Positions 55,101 to 64,000 of a stretch of DNA of 64,000 nt are shown one piece after another; within the stretch, counting starts at the first letter, position 1; every line of letters starts with the position of its first letter. The DNA lies in the IMG/VR virus record IMGVR_UViG_3300025098_000012, positions 1 to 64,000 of that record. One strand, written 5' to 3'. A model generated the notes under the pieces. It was not told the DNA's origin. It made no database searches and saw only the letters and a list, made by a program, of their open reading frames with translations. Made by a program: the position numbers and the translations under genes.

Positions 55101-55754
55101 ACAGAAACAATAAAAGAGCTGAACGCACCTCTGCCCAAGTCGCAGAGAGATAAGGAAGCCCAAGACGCTGTGAAAGCCACAGAGAAGCTACAAATAGAGA
55201 TACAGACAAAGGCTATTCTCAGAGCGGCAAAAGAAACTAAAGAAGATGAGCTAAAAGCAGTAGCGAAAGCATTGGGTCTAAGTGCCAATGCAAATCCAGA
55301 TCGGATCGCTAAACAGTATGCTAATGCAAGTGAGGCTCAAAAAGGTAAGTTAAAGGCATTGAGTATACAAGGTAATGAAACTGTTAGAAGACTAATGGGT
55401 CATTCAGAAGTACCTACACCTGCGAGTGCTACACCTGCTAAACCAGTAGGTGAACAGGAAGACTTTTGGATTGATGGGAAGGGTAATCTTTGGAGCATTG
55501 ACCCTCAAGATTTCCCTACCCCTTTAGGTGGAGGTGGATTGGCGATGACCAAGCCAGGAGGTCCTGTTGCAGAATATGTAAACACAGCGATTCGAGGTCT
55601 AACAGGTTTAGGTGGAGGTCAAAGTACTAGCCCTAGTGGAAACTTTAACATCACAGTCAATGTTGATGGATCTAAGAACCCTGTAGATACAGGTCGTCAA
55701 GTCGTACAAGAAATAAAACGATCACAAGAGAAACTTACAGGAACATCGAGATGA
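52134..55754 (+). CDS. Tape measure protein
   Basis: 1206 aa, long helical/coiled-coil Ala/Lys/Glu-rich, one hydrophobic segment, C-terminal NITVNVDG, canonical position. Confidence 0.85.
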   Translation: MANPTELTSIFETLVKEINEAGQSDLLKGSVGSIKDLQAVLKEQDKLIDKTLRAGDQKAAMRIIKSAKQAQEAQVEATNNLRDAKEKLLKLEQEGNTKARDAQLKVIGKINQEINKLAREAKLMQKNAAEFGKGAEYSLLQYSRVLENREERIKELGKTGALIEEKFSNRFEGAVNAFTSGVGDLNSFGDTFTGGLKTLGSYLQERKGKLEEKGSAGKGGLGIARMLGGLSKVMSTLAVVGGSIMMMVKLFQFVEGTVLEANKALLEGGVAINDINLGTGDTQKNLAKIRDTFRDPDFANAMGIPLEDTMALVAGFNSLNMGIKQFGGGEESMVKMKEAMKDAKGMAYGLGISMDEAQQYMAKFSHDLGVSAKDGSIIGKMAGDFANIRDMALQSSYSTGNFFKKVEELSDSLENMNYRSKEAGTLFLRFASVLGKSGLDKALQSLFSGFRSEGYLEQMKRNMLSKSKEVKKALKVEAIKFGKSFKESFGGEDGEGGMNAKLMAATKSSSQEQLIQNLAKMDEKGRQDLFTRMKKEGADAGINTDEFTDQLYKFIRLARGTKDKATGAEVQGAQEEMGASGNLKTKFALIEARVGDKNINDAGVITKEMLTKFDVTKEQIELFGQLQTTMKGDMREAQRIAKDAKKENRELNKEEKDFLAKQGLEAKDGKIISLETKTAIENFSDYLQTQDSAKFEPPDTEEAAKTQEQYLSEGVNATTSVFNVLNNTIAGILNDISGGIYSMVTFFTSKGEDKTEKKNKKEAVRIVGERLKALSGQRKEQDASIKAEKERLHDLSFKTKGMKAKEKEKYEKDKKALAEKEKDLVELKARESRSREQLRTLQTTTYDKGLGKSYTTEEMLDKSGKASLETRKRTGTETGALGDLQEKQKLFYAPIADIIGDTTTKALLDYLAKTNDIHVDSKIVEFLAKNDLSVKRTQTETGGRFSGEGRVEQRLLKNNNAVAKLSRAYNRESGRETARIYDTQEGRLTTETIKELNAPLPKSQRDKEAQDAVKATEKLQIEIQTKAILRAAKETKEDELKAVAKALGLSANANPDRIAKQYANASEAQKGKLKALSIQGNETVRRLMGHSEVPTPASATPAKPVGEQEDFWIDGKGNLWSIDPQDFPTPLGGGGLAMTKPGGPVAEYVNTAIRGLTGLGGGQSTSPSGNFNITVNVDGSKNPVDTGRQVVQEIKRSQEKLTGTSR

Positions 55755-56479
55755 TTAAATCACCAATCCCACATAAAGATATAGCCGACTCCAATCTCGG
55801 TATCAGACCTTTTGTATTCGATATAGTCGCACCCGATGGAGTAACCTCTTTACTACCCGATGATGTAAAGATGACCTTACACGCAAACCCAAAGAACATC
55901 TCATTCTCATACGAGAAGAAGCATGAGATTTCTCCTACGCTGAGTGGTTGGGTTGAATACTATTGGGGAGATAACCCTACGACCATCTCACTTGAAGCAT
56001 CTAGTGGTGCTTTCATTCGACCATATACAGGTTTAAGTGCAGTAACTGGTCCTGTGGCTATTCCAAATGAAAGAAAATCATCTCGTTTCAAACCACCACC
56101 ATCATCATCACCTCCTCCACAACAAAATAGATCTAGTAATGCTGTGGTTAGAGTTATTGGGCGAGGGCCGAAAGATCAACCAACCACAATCGGAGCAAGT
56201 ATAGGTGGAACCAGACGAGACACAATCACTTATGACAAGTATCTCGACCTTCTCGCTCTCTTTCATAACAATGGGTCTATCTATGATCAGACAGGTCGGG
56301 TCATCGTACAAGGGAAGATCAAGATGATCTTTGATGGAGGGGTGTGGTTTGGGTGGTTTCAGTCGTTCAGTGTAACCGATGACGCAAACACTCCTTACAG
56401 CTTCAATGTGAGCTTGGCTATGCAAATAGAGAGGGAGTATCATGGAGTAAGAACTCAAATGCCATCAGAAAGGTTTTAG
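55751..56479 (+). CDS. Baseplate-proximal tube initiator (gpU/gp48/gp54-like)
   Basis: LHANPKNISFSYEK...WVEYYWGDNPTTISLE; GWFQSFSVTDDA...PYSFNVSL. Confidence 0.7.
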   Translation: MIKSPIPHKDIADSNLGIRPFVFDIVAPDGVTSLLPDDVKMTLHANPKNISFSYEKKHEISPTLSGWVEYYWGDNPTTISLEASSGAFIRPYTGLSAVTGPVAIPNERKSSRFKPPPSSSPPPQQNRSSNAVVRVIGRGPKDQPTTIGASIGGTRRDTITYDKYLDLLALFHNNGSIYDQTGRVIVQGKIKMIFDGGVWFGWFQSFSVTDDANTPYSFNVSLAMQIEREYHGVRTQMPSERF

Positions 56480-56481
56480 TC

Positions 56482-57516
56482 ATGGCTAAAGCGACAGTAG
56501 ATACAAAGCCCTTTGTAGACTTACCGACCACAGAAGAGTTTATATTATTCCCCGAAGATAATCCAGGAACGATCCCTTTAGATCATGGACGCTTAGAACA
56601 TCTGAGGTCAATGTCTCCCTTCGTGTTAAGGATCAAGCCCCCTTATATCGGTGAGTACATAAAGGGTAGATCACAGACACCTTTCAGTGGAGTGATGAGA
56701 TCTAGGGGCAGGATTTCTTCAATGCAGAATAAAGAAGTGGCGATGTTCAAGCCCAACTTGCCCACTTACGCTTTAAGACCGATAGGTGGGGCGAGGAGAG
56801 ATGAGAACAACGAGCTGAGGCAAGATGCAGGTGTCACAGATCGAGATCAGATCCGTTCAATCATGGCACAGCATCGAAGAATGTTAGAGTTGCCCCCTAT
56901 TGTCTTTGCTATCAATCCCAACTCTATTGCTTTTAACTATACAGATAGGCAGAGTTATGCTGATGTGACTCGTTATGGTTTTATCTTTCATCGTTGGGGG
57001 GAGGAACAAACAGAGATCACAATCAACTGTACGATAGGTGCGTTCATAGCAGGTAGGGATAAAGTGGAGACTCCCGACTTTAACGGAAACATACAAGGCA
57101 TATCTGGCTTACAATATGTGAGTCGCAGAGATAGTTTAGCGTTCCGAAATCTAACATCCATTCTCGCTTTATATAGGAACAGTGCCACTATCGTTGATCT
57201 TCTTGGTAGGTCGAGAGCTTATCATGCTGTGGGTACACAATGTATTCACTATGATGGTCAGACTTGGGAAGGTCGTCTTAAAAGCATGGAGTATTCTTTA
57301 AGTGAAGATCAACCACATGGGGGCATAGAGTTTAGTTTGAGTTTTACAGTGTTCAAGCACACACAAGAGGGCTTTGAATATAAGTCTCAGTTATTCCCTA
57401 TGAAGCCACCTTCAGCGAGTGCCGATCAAGTAGGTAATATAAATCAGATAGGTAGTGATCTCGGTGATGTAGCGAGTGATATACTTGATCCTTTTATTGG
57501 CAATATAGGAGGTTAA
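56482..57516 (+). CDS. Second tube-initiator-like baseplate protein
   Basis: FAINPNSIAFNY...HRWGEEQTEITIN; GRLKSMEYSLSEDQP; paralogous fold to the previous gene. Confidence 0.7.
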   Translation: MAKATVDTKPFVDLPTTEEFILFPEDNPGTIPLDHGRLEHLRSMSPFVLRIKPPYIGEYIKGRSQTPFSGVMRSRGRISSMQNKEVAMFKPNLPTYALRPIGGARRDENNELRQDAGVTDRDQIRSIMAQHRRMLELPPIVFAINPNSIAFNYTDRQSYADVTRYGFIFHRWGEEQTEITINCTIGAFIAGRDKVETPDFNGNIQGISGLQYVSRRDSLAFRNLTSILALYRNSATIVDLLGRSRAYHAVGTQCIHYDGQTWEGRLKSMEYSLSEDQPHGGIEFSLSFTVFKHTQEGFEYKSQLFPMKPPSASADQVGNINQIGSDLGDVASDILDPFIGNIGG

Positions 57517-57517
57517 C

Positions 57518-60500
57518 ATGAAAGTTAGTAATAGACCATACGCAGGAAACTGGTCAGAGGACTTTGTAAATAAATACAGAAAGACTCGCTCTTGGACTCC
57601 CGATGCCATCGTTACTTTTAATGGCGAGACTACGCTACCAGGTTGTCCTACTTGCAGGAACAAGATTGATTTCTCTAGGTTCATCACTACCGTCAGTGCA
57701 AGTGGTGGCTTAGATGGTTCAAATGGTTGCGATATAAGTTTAAAGATCCCCTGGGGTTATGGAGACTCTGTATATAAAGACGGTAAGTTTATCCTCGTAT
57801 CGGGTATTGAGGTTTTCGTTTATTATAGGGGTTTCTTCCAAGTTGCAGAGCTTGCTTTAAAAGCAGATAACATCGACCTAGACGGTGGTGCTGAAACTTT
57901 ATCTGCTCCAGATGCTGAGATCCGACCTTATTATCCTGTCTTTCATGGTGTCATATCGAGTGTAGATGTTAGTCTAACAGACGGTGCGTATGATGTGTCT
58001 ATCTCCACGAGAAATATGCTCTCTTTTTGGGATAACCAACAGATCAATACACAGCAAGGGTACTTTGCCGCTGACCCTACGATGTCTCGTGGTTCAGTTA
58101 ATACTAGGGGTCATGTATATACAGGCATGACTCCACACCAAGTCATCTATGATCTGTTCTTAGATGCAGGTGGTAGTGCAGAGGGAACAGGGTTTGCTTT
58201 ATCAAAACAGTCCAATGTTAAAGCTCGATCAAGCACAGGCCCACAGCTTTATTCTTTGATGATTAGGTACTTAGAGCAACGCTTTAAGAATGGTATGTAT
58301 GGCTTACGGATGTATGGAGCATCGGGTCGTATGTACTCAGCGATAGAGACACAGATTGTAGCAAATAAAGAGATCACTAAAGGCGAAAAGAAAGCCGAGT
58401 TTAGGAAGGTGATTACAAGACAGAATAAACCTTACGCTAAAAGTAAATCGGAAGGGATTTCTTTTTCTCGTATGGTCAAAGCAGGCATGGTCGCTTTTGA
58501 ACATAACAACGCAACTAATGGTCGTGTTCAAAGGACGATGGACGCTAGGTTTTTAGGTAAAGTAACACCCGAAGATAAGACTCCCTTGAGCGTTTTTCAA
58601 CTTAAGCCTTTCGTACCAGATATAAGTGCGTTTGGTCAGATTGAGTTTTTTGAGTCTCAAATGGAGACAAAAAAGTCTATCGCAGATCGTGTATGTGAAG
58701 CGACTGGTTATGAGTTCTATCAAGACATGGATGGAGACTTAGTATTCAAACCTCCTATGTATAACATGGATACTTCGGCAGATCGGGTCTATAACATTTT
58801 TAGAGAAGATTGTATCGACATCAGCTTTACCCATGCTGAACCCGAAGCGACTTATATCACCATGAAGGGAGATCACTTTAGGAACTTTAAAGCCGCTCCT
58901 ACAGGGGAGTGGGGTGTGAAAGGTGTCTATGTAGATTATGCTTTGGTCGCTAAGTATGGATGGAAGAGTCAAGATTTCGACTCGTCTTTTTACACTTCGG
59001 GAAGGCAAGCATACTATGCGGCGGCTGTAGAGCTAGACAAACAAAATAAGACGACAGAGGGATGTAGTGTGACCATCCCTCTTAGACCCGAAATCAAAGC
59101 TGGCTACCCTGTCTACATTGAGGAGAACGACTGTTATTATTATATAGAGTCAGTTCAACATTCGTTCACCTATGGTGGATCTTGCACGACATCACTTACT
59201 TTAACCTGTCAGCGTAAAAAGTTTATTCCACCAGGAGACTCATCTGTTAAGTTTAGAGATGATCCTGCGAAAGCTGTAGACTTAGGTCGTACTGAGTTGC
59301 CCGAAAGGTATATCTACAAGAGGTATGACCGTACCGATGAAGGCAGTAGGCAAATCAACGCTCAATCACAAGACACAGATGTTGCGTACAAAAAGATTAC
59401 AGGATTTCCTAATGTGGTGATGGCATTTGATCATCAAAACGCAAGTCCGAGTATGTTGTTCTTCACACCAGACTATCAAAACATAGGGGGTAAGGGTACA
59501 AAGGAGCGTGAGCGATATAGGAACATGATTATTAACGAGGGTATACGATTGGGTGTCCTTAGAGTAGATGCAGGAAGTGAACCCGATGCTATCCGTAGAG
59601 GTCCTTGGAAACTTTTAGTTCCATCGGCAGATGGTGGATCACCAAGAGAAGTGATACTTCCTTTGGATGGGACTGACATTGCAGGTACAGAACAGTTAAG
59701 GACGATTTCAGAGGACTCTCGTGTGGCGGCACAGAAAGCGGCAAAGAGGATAGGTAAAGGTGGGAGGTCAGCTAGAGTTCAGAAAGCAAGGGAGGATGAA
59801 GCTGATAGGTTAGAAGCATTACAAGGGAACATTCAAAGAGCTGTCGGTACAGCAGGTGTATATGGTGCAACAGGTACAGAGGAAAACCCCAACCCAACAG
59901 GGTCATCTCAGACAGCTACGATCCTTGATCTCATTTATCTTATTCAATCACCACTAGGTCGCAACCCTAACAACTCACCATTACAAAACTTGATGTCTGC
60001 TTTGTCGGACAAGAAATCGAGCTTTGTCCCTAAAGCACAGGGGTACTTTAGATACTATTCATCATCACACCCTAGCCCCGAACATCAAGGTCCAGATTTA
60101 ACTGAATATAATCTTAGGAATGTGGGAAGTGTTAAAGGCAAAGCACCCGAACTTATTTTTAACGACAATGTACCCGATACAGTTAGGGATAATGTAGTTA
60201 AAGCTAAACCCGATGGTGATGGCGATACGGTCATTTTTGGTAATGACGCAGATTCTCGGCAACAGATCGTTCGTGGACTTATGACAAAGACCATGTATTC
60301 AAATGGTTTGGAGTATGTACCTACTAAAGACATTACCTCTTTATCTTTTCAAGTCAGTGGTGATTACTTGGTAGGCAGTGCAGACGGTCCTAAAGTTCAA
60401 GTGTCGCAAGTTTGGTATCAACAGAATCAGAAACCAGGAGTAGAGTTTTGGGAGGTTGCGTATAGGTCAGTAAGGACTGAGTTAAAAGGTCGGAGGGGGA

Positions 60501-61885
60501 TTACAAAAACCACTAAACTTGGTGAGTTGTTTAGGTACTTTAATAACGAGGCAACAGATGCAGTTACAAAGTTGATTATTCCTACCGTTAAACAAGACTA
60601 CCCTCCTTCAACTTGGGATAGCAATGAAGCCGAAGCGTATTTCAGTTCTGGGTATTCGGTGGATGCTTCTATTACCACGAATTTTGAGGCTAATGAAAGT
60701 CCTATTAAATACAGCCCCGATAGTGGGAGTCGTGCAAATAGGGTCATTACAAACAAAACTACACTAGCGAGTCATATAGCTTCAGTATTTTTATATACTC
60801 TTTGGAAGAAATCTAAAGAGACATATGAGGAAGCGTACAATGTTGAGATATGGCAGAGGCTAATTGCAGATCAATCTTCTGATTCTATAGCGACTCAAGA
60901 AGGTTTTGTAAATGAAGTGAGGGCATATGTGAACCAACTAGGAGGATTATTGATGGGGATACCATTCACCCCGACCATAGAGATACCTCGACAAACTTTG
61001 ACAATAGAAAAGAATGCTCAGACCATCACTCCAATCTTCCCTATCTCTGACGCTAAGGGATATGAGGTATTTGGAGCGTATCAATATGGTCGTGGATTAA
61101 AACCTGCTAGGGGTACATTGTTTGATGCTCTTTTAAGGCAAGACCCTTCTCAGATCTTTACACCAGATGAACTTAGAAGGGTGATGGATCAGTTAGATGA
61201 AGCGAGTAATCAAACAGATTTTCGAGCGAGCTTGAAGCAAATGTATATTGAAAGAGTGATGTCGTTATCAGCAGAGGATCGAGATCGTCTTAAAGTTGGC
61301 TTAGGGTTGGACGCTGAAGTACGAGACACTGATGAAAATAAGATCGAGCATGAAGCGAGTTTGTTAGCGAATAGGCTTATGACTCGTAGTGATGAGCAGG
61401 TGATCTCGAACATCCCTTCGGCTCTTTCAGAGATTTACCCTAGTGAAGATGGGAATGAGGTTTGTGAATGTAGAATACACAGTACAGACGCAATCTTATT
61501 GGAGGGGTCATTAGACTTAGACAACTTCTTAGAGATTGAGAATCCAGCAGTTAGAGGTATTAGAAACATGACCGAAAAGAAATCAGTTGAATGGAGAGAG
61601 CGTCAGACAGCTCTGCGAGGTGAAAATATAGAGCGAGTACCACCCGAAAAGAGAGGTAGCTTCGCCACATCAAATGATTTTGGTTCGAGCTTTGACTTTA
61701 ATAATCGTGGCAACAATCGCTTGTTGAACTCGTTTACCAACATAGATGAGAACAACGATCTTGAGCTTTCAAACCCATTTGCAGGGGCAGTTTCAAGTAC
61801 AAGAGCAGGTGCTGATCAGTTAAGCGATCAAGCAAAAGCCATCAAAGCGGCTGCTCAACGAGTAGGAGGAGATGACAATGAGTGA
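57518..61885 (+). CDS. Baseplate hub protein (gp27/gpD/VgrG-like) with large C-terminal extension
   Basis: YPVFHGVISSV, EFYQDMDGDLVFKPP, SVTIPLRPEIKAGYPVYI, YYIESVQHSF. Confidence 0.8.
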   Translation: MKVSNRPYAGNWSEDFVNKYRKTRSWTPDAIVTFNGETTLPGCPTCRNKIDFSRFITTVSASGGLDGSNGCDISLKIPWGYGDSVYKDGKFILVSGIEVFVYYRGFFQVAELALKADNIDLDGGAETLSAPDAEIRPYYPVFHGVISSVDVSLTDGAYDVSISTRNMLSFWDNQQINTQQGYFAADPTMSRGSVNTRGHVYTGMTPHQVIYDLFLDAGGSAEGTGFALSKQSNVKARSSTGPQLYSLMIRYLEQRFKNGMYGLRMYGASGRMYSAIETQIVANKEITKGEKKAEFRKVITRQNKPYAKSKSEGISFSRMVKAGMVAFEHNNATNGRVQRTMDARFLGKVTPEDKTPLSVFQLKPFVPDISAFGQIEFFESQMETKKSIADRVCEATGYEFYQDMDGDLVFKPPMYNMDTSADRVYNIFREDCIDISFTHAEPEATYITMKGDHFRNFKAAPTGEWGVKGVYVDYALVAKYGWKSQDFDSSFYTSGRQAYYAAAVELDKQNKTTEGCSVTIPLRPEIKAGYPVYIEENDCYYYIESVQHSFTYGGSCTTSLTLTCQRKKFIPPGDSSVKFRDDPAKAVDLGRTELPERYIYKRYDRTDEGSRQINAQSQDTDVAYKKITGFPNVVMAFDHQNASPSMLFFTPDYQNIGGKGTKERERYRNMIINEGIRLGVLRVDAGSEPDAIRRGPWKLLVPSADGGSPREVILPLDGTDIAGTEQLRTISEDSRVAAQKAAKRIGKGGRSARVQKAREDEADRLEALQGNIQRAVGTAGVYGATGTEENPNPTGSSQTATILDLIYLIQSPLGRNPNNSPLQNLMSALSDKKSSFVPKAQGYFRYYSSSHPSPEHQGPDLTEYNLRNVGSVKGKAPELIFNDNVPDTVRDNVVKAKPDGDGDTVIFGNDADSRQQIVRGLMTKTMYSNGLEYVPTKDITSLSFQVSGDYLVGSADGPKVQVSQVWYQQNQKPGVEFWEVAYRSVRTELKGRRGITKTTKLGELFRYFNNEATDAVTKLIIPTVKQDYPPSTWDSNEAEAYFSSGYSVDASITTNFEANESPIKYSPDSGSRANRVITNKTTLASHIASVFLYTLWKKSKETYEEAYNVEIWQRLIADQSSDSIATQEGFVNEVRAYVNQLGGLLMGIPFTPTIEIPRQTLTIEKNAQTITPIFPISDAKGYEVFGAYQYGRGLKPARGTLFDALLRQDPSQIFTPDELRRVMDQLDEASNQTDFRASLKQMYIERVMSLSAEDRDRLKVGLGLDAEVRDTDENKIEHEASLLANRLMTRSDEQVISNIPSALSEIYPSEDGNEVCECRIHSTDAILLEGSLDLDNFLEIENPAVRGIRNMTEKKSVEWRERQTALRGENIERVPPEKRGSFATSNDFGSSFDFNNRGNNRLLNSFTNIDENNDLELSNPFAGAVSSTRAGADQLSDQAKAIKAAAQRVGGDDNE

Positions 61886-64000
61886 TGTAAACTTAATGAG
61901 GGAACAAAACGCAATAGACAGCATGAACGCTGACTCTAGTAGAGGCTGGTCAGCTCTTTCTATGTGTCTTGCTCAGATCGTTGAGATCCATTGGGAGGAG
62001 ATGAGGTGTACTTTAGAAATGCTTCATGGTAGTGGTGCAGACACGAGGGCATTAACAGGGGTTGAGCTACTGATGCCCTGTATGGGTAATCGGCACTTCA
62101 TGGGAGGTATACCAGAGATTGGGGATAGGTGTGTTGTTGGTTGGTTTGCAAATGACACAAGAGCAGGTACATCGGGTAAGACTCCTGCGATCTTAGCGTG
62201 GTGGCCTTCAACACCTTGGATCAAACATGATTGGCACATGACTCAAGGTTTCGACCCCGATGAGAATATAATGGAGGACAATGTAAAGAGACAGATTGTC
62301 CAAAACTTCCATCAGCGTGTCCGACATAAGATGAGGCACTTCTCTCCTGGTAATATAGGTGCTAGTTCATCTCAAGGATCTGATATGGTTCTTGATGAGA
62401 GCGTCTTATTGAGCAATCGGAGAGCGAATGAGATCATCATAAGAGATCAAGACCAAGCGATTGTAATGAGGTCTTTACAGCAGTTCCATGCGATGTCGGG
62501 AGCTAGAGTCTATGCAGGTATGGTTCAAAGAGATGCTAGAACTCTACCTAGAGAGATGTTCTCTGATGGGATTAAGTGGGATGCCAACATACAGATAGAC
62601 TCTGAGGGTAATCCTTATAACCCATTCAGTGGGGGAGAGGGTTTTCAAAATCCTTTAGAGCAAGGGGAGCTACAGCCTCATCCAGTTTTTCAAAGAGATG
62701 ACTTTGAGGGAGTCGGTGTAAACATTGAGGGAGAGCGTACCAACTACAAGGGGAGCTTCCCTACTCATTTAGACCCTTATGTTTTCTTATATAACGCAGG
62801 GTTTGTGGATGATGATTATGAAGAACTGAACGAAGAGAGCGACATCATTTATGGAGGTAAGTCGATACTAAGAGTGGGTAAAGAGTTTGGTAAAAATGCG
62901 TTTGATAATGGTCAAGCCTTTACCGAGTATCGCATTGAGATGAACCATCTAACTGATGGCATCCTTCCTGTGACCGAACAAACAGATGGGTTTGACTCGG
63001 ACAGGGCGAGCAATAAACCTAACGAGAACAGGACACCTCCATTCATCGAATGGGTGTTAGGGACACCTGTAGGTAATGATGCGTTTTCATCTAAAGGCAA
63101 AGAAGAATATGGACTACCTGTCGTCCCTAGTTTAACAACTCTTGGGGTGGCGAACGAAGCAACCCCTTTTGCCGACCATGCCGCTACTCTTTTGAGGATT
63201 ACACCTGTTGTTCCTAACATAGACGAATCTTTTGTGTCATTCACGAAGGGTGGGAAGCTCAAGGCTAAGATTTCTAGTCCATCAGAAGATGCTCTTGAAG
63301 CTACAGTCGAAGGAGGAGCGTTCTTAAATGTAAATAACGAGCTGTCTGTACAGAGTGATAAGTCAACTTTCTCTAGTCTAACAAAGACGAACATTAACTC
63401 TTTAGGGTCTGTTGAGATCAATGGTTCGGGTAGTGTAGAGGGAGAGCCATTAGAGGGTTCAGATAACTCGGTGTCCGTCATCATCAAAGGCACTAAGCGT
63501 ATTAGCATACAGTCGGACACAGCAATAGCGTTCAAAGCTCCTGTCGTTGACTTCTCTCAAGTAGGTCAGTTGAGGTTAGCCTCTTCCGACCAAATGGAGT
63601 TCAATACAGGGGCAGGGTTATCACAGACAGCCGATACCATTAAGCAATCCTCAATGGGTCAGTTTGAGCAAGTATGTGGAGGACCAGCAGGGTTTAATCC
63701 CCTTGCAGGACCAGCTCGTAAAGTCACAGTAACCGAGTCTCCAGTGACAGGAGGTGCAGGTTTACCCTCTGACTCATACACCAATGCGTTTGGTGGTAAG
63801 TCAGAAATCTTTATTGGACCAGCTACGAACACTAGGACACTCGCTGTTGGCACAGAGACTAAAACTATTGTAGCAGGTTCTGATCAAACAATTGTGGGTA
63901 CGACTGTTAATATGACCGATCCCACAGGTACTAAGTTTCTTGCTCCTGCTGGAGCTGTTATAGCCACAGCAGGTACAGTCATTGCGATGACTGCGAATGT
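61878..64000 (+). CDS. Baseplate central spike (gp5/gpV OB-fold), truncated by the window edge
   Basis: Not in the ORF track; ATG 61878 after AGGAGGAG: MSDVNLMRE...LAQIVEIHWEEMRCTL...GGIPEIGDRCVVGW; Gly/Thr/Ala-rich beta repeats open to the window end. Confidence 0.8.
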   Translation, partial: MSDVNLMREQNAIDSMNADSSRGWSALSMCLAQIVEIHWEEMRCTLEMLHGSGADTRALTGVELLMPCMGNRHFMGGIPEIGDRCVVGWFANDTRAGTSGKTPAILAWWPSTPWIKHDWHMTQGFDPDENIMEDNVKRQIVQNFHQRVRHKMRHFSPGNIGASSSQGSDMVLDESVLLSNRRANEIIIRDQDQAIVMRSLQQFHAMSGARVYAGMVQRDARTLPREMFSDGIKWDANIQIDSEGNPYNPFSGGEGFQNPLEQGELQPHPVFQRDDFEGVGVNIEGERTNYKGSFPTHLDPYVFLYNAGFVDDDYEELNEESDIIYGGKSILRVGKEFGKNAFDNGQAFTEYRIEMNHLTDGILPVTEQTDGFDSDRASNKPNENRTPPFIEWVLGTPVGNDAFSSKGKEEYGLPVVPSLTTLGVANEATPFADHAATLLRITPVVPNIDESFVSFTKGGKLKAKISSPSEDALEATVEGGAFLNVNNELSVQSDKSTFSSLTKTNINSLGSVEINGSGSVEGEPLEGSDNSVSVIIKGTKRISIQSDTAIAFKAPVVDFSQVGQLRLASSDQMEFNTGAGLSQTADTIKQSSMGQFEQVCGGPAGFNPLAGPARKVTVTESPVTGGAGLPSDSYTNAFGGKSEIFIGPATNTRTLAVGTETKTIVAGSDQTIVGTTVNMTDPTGTKFLAPAGAVIATAGTVIAMTAN

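Noticed and set aside
56091-56126. CCA/TCA/CCT triplet run (KPPPSSSPPPQQ) as a functional repeat
   Set aside because: Short in-frame low-complexity loop insertion; no evidence of more than a linker.
920-63853. Many 60-130-aa track ORFs antisense to or nested in long genes (e.g. 1675-1950, 13084-13455, 35405-35851, 54188-54574, 62912-63535)
   Set aside because: They are shadows of well-supported genes on the other strand or frame, with no SD and no recognisable motifs.
49620-64000. Bacterial eCIS/T6SS or tailocin locus
   Set aside because: It shares a contig and promoter motifs with phage replication genes (PolA, DnaB, SNF2), has a long tape measure, and there are no bacterial housekeeping genes.
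1-64000. Giant eukaryotic virus (NCLDV) origin
   Set aside because: Strong Shine-Dalgarno sites, overlapping operons, a contractile-tail module and a lipoprotein indicate a bacteriophage.
1-64000. CRISPR array, tRNA or rRNA genes
   Set aside because: No regularly spaced direct repeats or cloverleaf/T-loop signatures seen; intergenic gaps are short. A tRNAscan-SE/CRT run would confirm.

Overview
The window is a 64-kb internal segment of a large lytic dsDNA tailed phage (contractile-tail, jumbo-like; genetic code 11; probably a Gram-negative host, given a lipoprotein and a beta-barrel-like protein). I found no rRNA, tRNA, CRISPR array, integrase or transposase. Layout: (i) 1-13607, minus-strand baseplate/tail-fibre module; (ii) 13667-23853, two large paralogues, a possible sigma factor, and small virion/lysis-type genes, several sharing an N-terminal RVA(S/T/Y)R(Y/H) leader; (iii) 23895-37525, family-A DNA polymerase among small accessory genes, including an AcrIII-1/DUF1874-like ring nuclease candidate, an Hc1-like protein, a deaminase, GGCT, GIY-YIG and a T5orf172 gene with a premature stop; (iv) 37574-46150, one coupled minus-strand operon: helicase loader-like, DnaB, a relic plus three SPPY amino-methyltransferases, and a three-enzyme core (dCMP-type thymidylate-synthase homologue, stand-alone asparagine-synthetase-like PP-loop ATPase, fold-II PLP enzyme); (v) Dam-like MTase and SNF2 helicase; (vi) 49620-64000, plus-strand tail tube, chaperones, tape measure, hub and spike. 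The best novelty candidate is the TS/AsnB-like/PLP core, which may be an undescribed cytosine hypermodification pathway. Also notable: the ring-nuclease candidate, a membrane-anchor + coiled-coil + beta-barrel protein (possible new one-component spanin), two motif classes that look like early and late promoters, and hairpins that could gate late translation. All family calls come from motif recognition by eye; no database search was run.
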